NCBI GenBank assembly: GCA_964465415.1
Contig: CAYXJH010000002.1
Span: 1-41,088 of the forward strand
DNA: 41,088 bases
Origin: an uncultured Gemmatimonadaceae bacterium
Lineage (GTDB): Bacteria; Gemmatimonadota; Gemmatimonadetes; Longimicrobiales; RSA9
Reading direction: 5' to 3'
Shown here: one piece after another, positions 38,511 through 41,088 of the stretch
Layout of the letters: the number at the start of each line of letters is the position of its first letter
How positions within the stretch are numbered: position 1 is the stretch's first letter
Made by a program: the position numbers and the translations under genes
Notes under the pieces: generated by a model
Told to the model about the DNA's origin: nothing
Seen by the model: only the letters and a program-made list of their open reading frames with translations
Database searches by the model: none

Positions 38511-40960
38511 GAGGAGGCGCTCACCTCTCCCGGTCCCGGATCGCTTGGCTGTTCCGGGCCGCGGCCGCGCCAGTAACCGTACGCGCTCCACAGGCCGTAC
38601 CCTAGCAGTGCCAGCATCCCGGCCAGGTAGATCCAGAAGCCGATCCACATGGGAGTAGGTCTGAACCGGAACACGGCCTGGTGCTCGCCCGCGGGGACGG
38701 CGATCGCCCGGAACGTGTGGTTGGCTCGCAGGATGGGCACGGCATCGCCGTTCACGTGGGCCTCCCACCCCGGATAATAGTTGTCGGCGAGCACGAGGAG
38801 CGCGGGACCGTCGGACCGGACCGCGATTCGCACCTCATCCGGGGTCCAATCGACGATTCGCGCCTCACCAGACACCGCACCGCCGGGAAGCGGGATCGGC
38901 GGCGGTTCGTGGACGACCACCTCCGTCGTCGGGTCGAATCCGGGGTCGGCGAGGATCGCGAGCGCGCCTTCGGGATCGTCCGTCACCCGCGCTCCGCCCA
39001 CCAGATATGCCCGGGGTAACGCACCCGGGTCCTCGTAGATCAGCGCGCTGGGCCCGCCGTGGATGCGCTGGACGCCCGCAAACTGTTCCGCGCCTTCCAG
39101 CTGGACCATGCTGACGATCCAACGGATGTTCGCCGCACGGCGGAACGTCGGGGACTCGCCCAGGAAATTGTGCCAGTCCACGTACGTCTGCTCCCCGGCG
39201 CCCACGTAGTCATACCATCGCTGGAGCGGGTTCGGGTGCTCGCCGCCAGCCTGCTCGATCCGTTGCGCCATGAGGAAATTGCCGGACCCCCGGTACTGCG
39301 GGCCCACCGGAAGCACCCAAACTCGTCCCCCAGTAGGGCTGGCCGCCAGGGCGTGGACGACATCGTCCGCCTGGAACCAGACCGCGGGGGGCGGCACGGT
39401 ATGGAAGAATCGGCGCCCCATCAGCCAGAGGTCGGTTACCGTCACGATGGCGAGCCCCAGGAACAGTGCCCTGGCCGTCAACCGTTCGGCGACCCATGCC
39501 CAGAGGAGCCCGGCCGTGAGCCCGAGGACGACGCCGAAGCGGGCGAGCCCGGCGCTCCGGCCAGGATCGTCGACGGCGGCCGCTGCGACGAGAAAGAGGA
39601 CGGCCACACCCACGCCCCCCATGCCGGCCCACCTGGCGGCGTCCAACGTGTCCGCACCATCACCGCGGGCGCCGGCTTTGCGGCGGCCCCCGCCTCGGAC
39701 GTGCGCTCCCGGCGACATCATACGGGCCAATCGCTCCAGCGCAATGCCGGCCATGGCCACGAGCGACAGCGAGACCAGGAAGAACGAGATGGACGGCGCC
39801 CGGAAGCGGCGTGTGCCGGGCAGCAGGTCGAAGTACAGCCTGTAGATCGGCGTATGTCCGCCGAACGAGATCGTCAGGGCGAAGAGGGCCAGGGCCGCGA
39901 AGAACCACCAGTACCGGTCCCGCCGGCCGTACCACGCCCCGAGGCCGGCCAGTAGGAGCACGAACGCGCCGACGTACTCGGAGTGCAGCTTGAACGGATT
40001 TTCGCCCCTGTACTCGGGGAACCGGGGCTCGCCGGTGTTCGGGTCCACCACGCTGGCGCCCTCCCATTCGGGTACCGCCAGCGATGTCAGCTCGGACGGA
40101 GGCATGGACCAGGATACGGCATACTCGTAGCCCCGACCCTCCTCGCCCCCGCGGGGAGATGCGTCCACGTAATCCAGGAACGGCAGGAAATTGACCGCGG
40201 CCAGCATGAACGCGATCAGGACGGCGCCGAACCCCAGGATCAGACGCCCCACCAGCGCTCGTCCCCGCGGCCGGAACGTCACGAGCGCGAATATCCCCCA
40301 GGCGAGGCCGGCGAGAAGCAGGTAGTAGCTGCTCTGGATCTGGAACGAGAGGAAGCAGAAAGCCAGCGTCGCCGTGGCACCTATTGCCGGTCCGACTCGA
40401 CCTGTCCGCACCATGCGATGGAGGAAGAAGAGGAAGAGGGGGGCCAGCGTGGCGACGATCACCCTTCCGTCGTGGCCGGCGTAGACGTAAGAGGTGACGA
40501 GGCCGGTGAACTGGAAGGCGAGCCCGCCCAGCAGCGCGATCCAGCGGCGCACCTCCAGCTCCCTCAGGAGCAGGAACATCCCGAGGCCCGCCAGTCCGAA
40601 CTGCACGAGGAAGACAATGGGCAGGACCCTTCCAACCGGAACCAGAAGGGCCGCGAGGAGCCAGACCGGATAGAACGTGCTGCCCGGGTTCGCGAACAGC
40701 GGCATGCCGCCGAACACGTAGGGCACCCACATGGGGAGTGCGCCCGCCCGGAGGCGGCCGGCGATGAAGTCGCTGAACGGATAACCGCCGGCCAGGTAAT
40801 CCGTCCCGAAGATCCCCTGTCCGGGGAGCAGGGCGGGGAGGAAATAGATGAACGCGAGGCCGAAGAAGATCCCGGCCGCCGTGGGAACATTCAGGACCGG
40901 TAACGCCTTGGCCTCGGGCTTCGCTGCCGTCTCAGGTCGTCGGATCGGCTTCTTCGCCAT
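38507..40960 (-). CDS. YfhO-family polytopic membrane protein (putative GT-C-type extracytoplasmic glycosyltransferase)
   Basis: The 817-aa product has an N-terminal multi-TM region with ..LPMWVPYVFGGMPLFANPGSTFYPVWLL... A large extracytoplasmic domain follows. The C-terminal signature is LADNYYPGWEAHVNGDAVPILRANHTFRAIAVPAGEHQAVFRFRP plus a final TM helix. Both match what I recall of YfhO (PF09586). The start is ATG 40960; the track start at 40969 is a TTG. Confidence 0.7.
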   Translation of the reverse strand: MAKKPIRRPETAAKPEAKALPVLNVPTAAGIFFGLAFIYFLPALLPGQGIFGTDYLAGGYPFSDFIAGRLRAGALPMWVPYVFGGMPLFANPGSTFYPVWLLAALLVPVGRVLPIVFLVQFGLAGLGMFLLLRELEVRRWIALLGGLAFQFTGLVTSYVYAGHDGRVIVATLAPLFLFFLHRMVRTGRVGPAIGATATLAFCFLSFQIQSSYYLLLAGLAWGIFALVTFRPRGRALVGRLILGFGAVLIAFMLAAVNFLPFLDYVDASPRGGEEGRGYEYAVSWSMPPSELTSLAVPEWEGASVVDPNTGEPRFPEYRGENPFKLHSEYVGAFVLLLAGLGAWYGRRDRYWWFFAALALFALTISFGGHTPIYRLYFDLLPGTRRFRAPSISFFLVSLSLVAMAGIALERLARMMSPGAHVRGGGRRKAGARGDGADTLDAARWAGMGGVGVAVLFLVAAAAVDDPGRSAGLARFGVVLGLTAGLLWAWVAERLTARALFLGLAIVTVTDLWLMGRRFFHTVPPPAVWFQADDVVHALAASPTGGRVWVLPVGPQYRGSGNFLMAQRIEQAGGEHPNPLQRWYDYVGAGEQTYVDWHNFLGESPTFRRAANIRWIVSMVQLEGAEQFAGVQRIHGGPSALIYEDPGALPRAYLVGGARVTDDPEGALAILADPGFDPTTEVVVHEPPPIPLPGGAVSGEARIVDWTPDEVRIAVRSDGPALLVLADNYYPGWEAHVNGDAVPILRANHTFRAIAVPAGEHQAVFRFRPTPMWIGFWIYLAGMLALLGYGLWSAYGYWRGRGPEQPSDPGPGEVSASS

Positions 40961-41088
40961 CTGCCTCAACGTTCGTGGATCCGGCGATGCGCTTAAGGAA
41001 ACGGTGATGCCGGTCCGCCACCGCCTCCCAGGTGAACCGCCGAGCGGATGCTCGCGCCGAGCGCGACAGCGCCTCCCGGCGCGCCGGG
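40932..41088 (-). CDS. 3' fragment of an upstream minus-strand gene, possibly a GT4/GT1-type glycosyltransferase
   Basis: An open minus-strand frame enters from the right edge and stops at TGA (40934-40932). It translates ..RREALSRSARASARRFTWEAVADRHHRFLKRIAGSTNVEADGEEADPTT. The 'F(S/T)WEAVA...' tail is common at GT4 C-termini. Only 51 codons are visible and the ORF is not in the supplied track. Confidence 0.3.
   Translation of the reverse strand, partial: PARREALSRSARASARRFTWEAVADRHHRFLKRIAGSTNVEADGEEADPTT

Overview
This window is a gene-dense chromosomal segment, visibly GC-rich (roughly two-thirds G+C by eye, not computed). It comes from a diderm, LPS-making bacterium; I cannot assign a taxon without a database search. 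From nt 1 to about 37.6 kb every supported gene is on the + strand. Intergenic gaps there are at most about 120 nt, and many start and stop codons overlap (ATGA, GTGA, TGATG).

Gene content in order:
- Distal half of the complex I operon, nuoG (3' fragment) through nuoN.
- A phosphomannomutase/phosphoglucomutase, a large UPF0182 membrane protein and a carbamate kinase.
- sucCD, a PTS-EIIA-like/CBS fusion protein and ndk.
- The classical yceD-rpmF-plsX-fabH-fabD-fabG-acpP-fabF cluster, followed by the only clear intrinsic terminator in the window.
- ispF, then a translationally coupled xerD-like recombinase, pabA/trpG-type amidotransferase and a 503-aa uncharacterised secreted protein.
- A long LPS block, kdsB-pyrG-kdsA-kdsC-kdsD-lptC-lptA-lptB-rpoN.
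- A GT2 polyprenyl-phosphate glycosyltransferase on the + strand, converging on a minus-strand pair: a YfhO-like GT-C membrane protein and a UPF0104 flippase-like protein. A glycosyltransferase-like 3' fragment sits at the right edge.

I saw no rRNA, tRNA, CRISPR array, IS element, prophage or recognisable defence or toxin system. The window is mostly core housekeeping.

The parts most worth a second look are:
- The GT2 / flippase-like / YfhO-like envelope glycosylation module next to the LPS cluster.
- The atypical Lpt proteins: a lipobox-bearing LptC, a 493-aa LptA-like protein, and LptB with an unrecognised N-terminal extension of about 157 aa.
- The 503-aa secreted protein and the EIIA-CBS fusion.

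All family assignments rest on motifs I recognise in the supplied translations. No searches were run.
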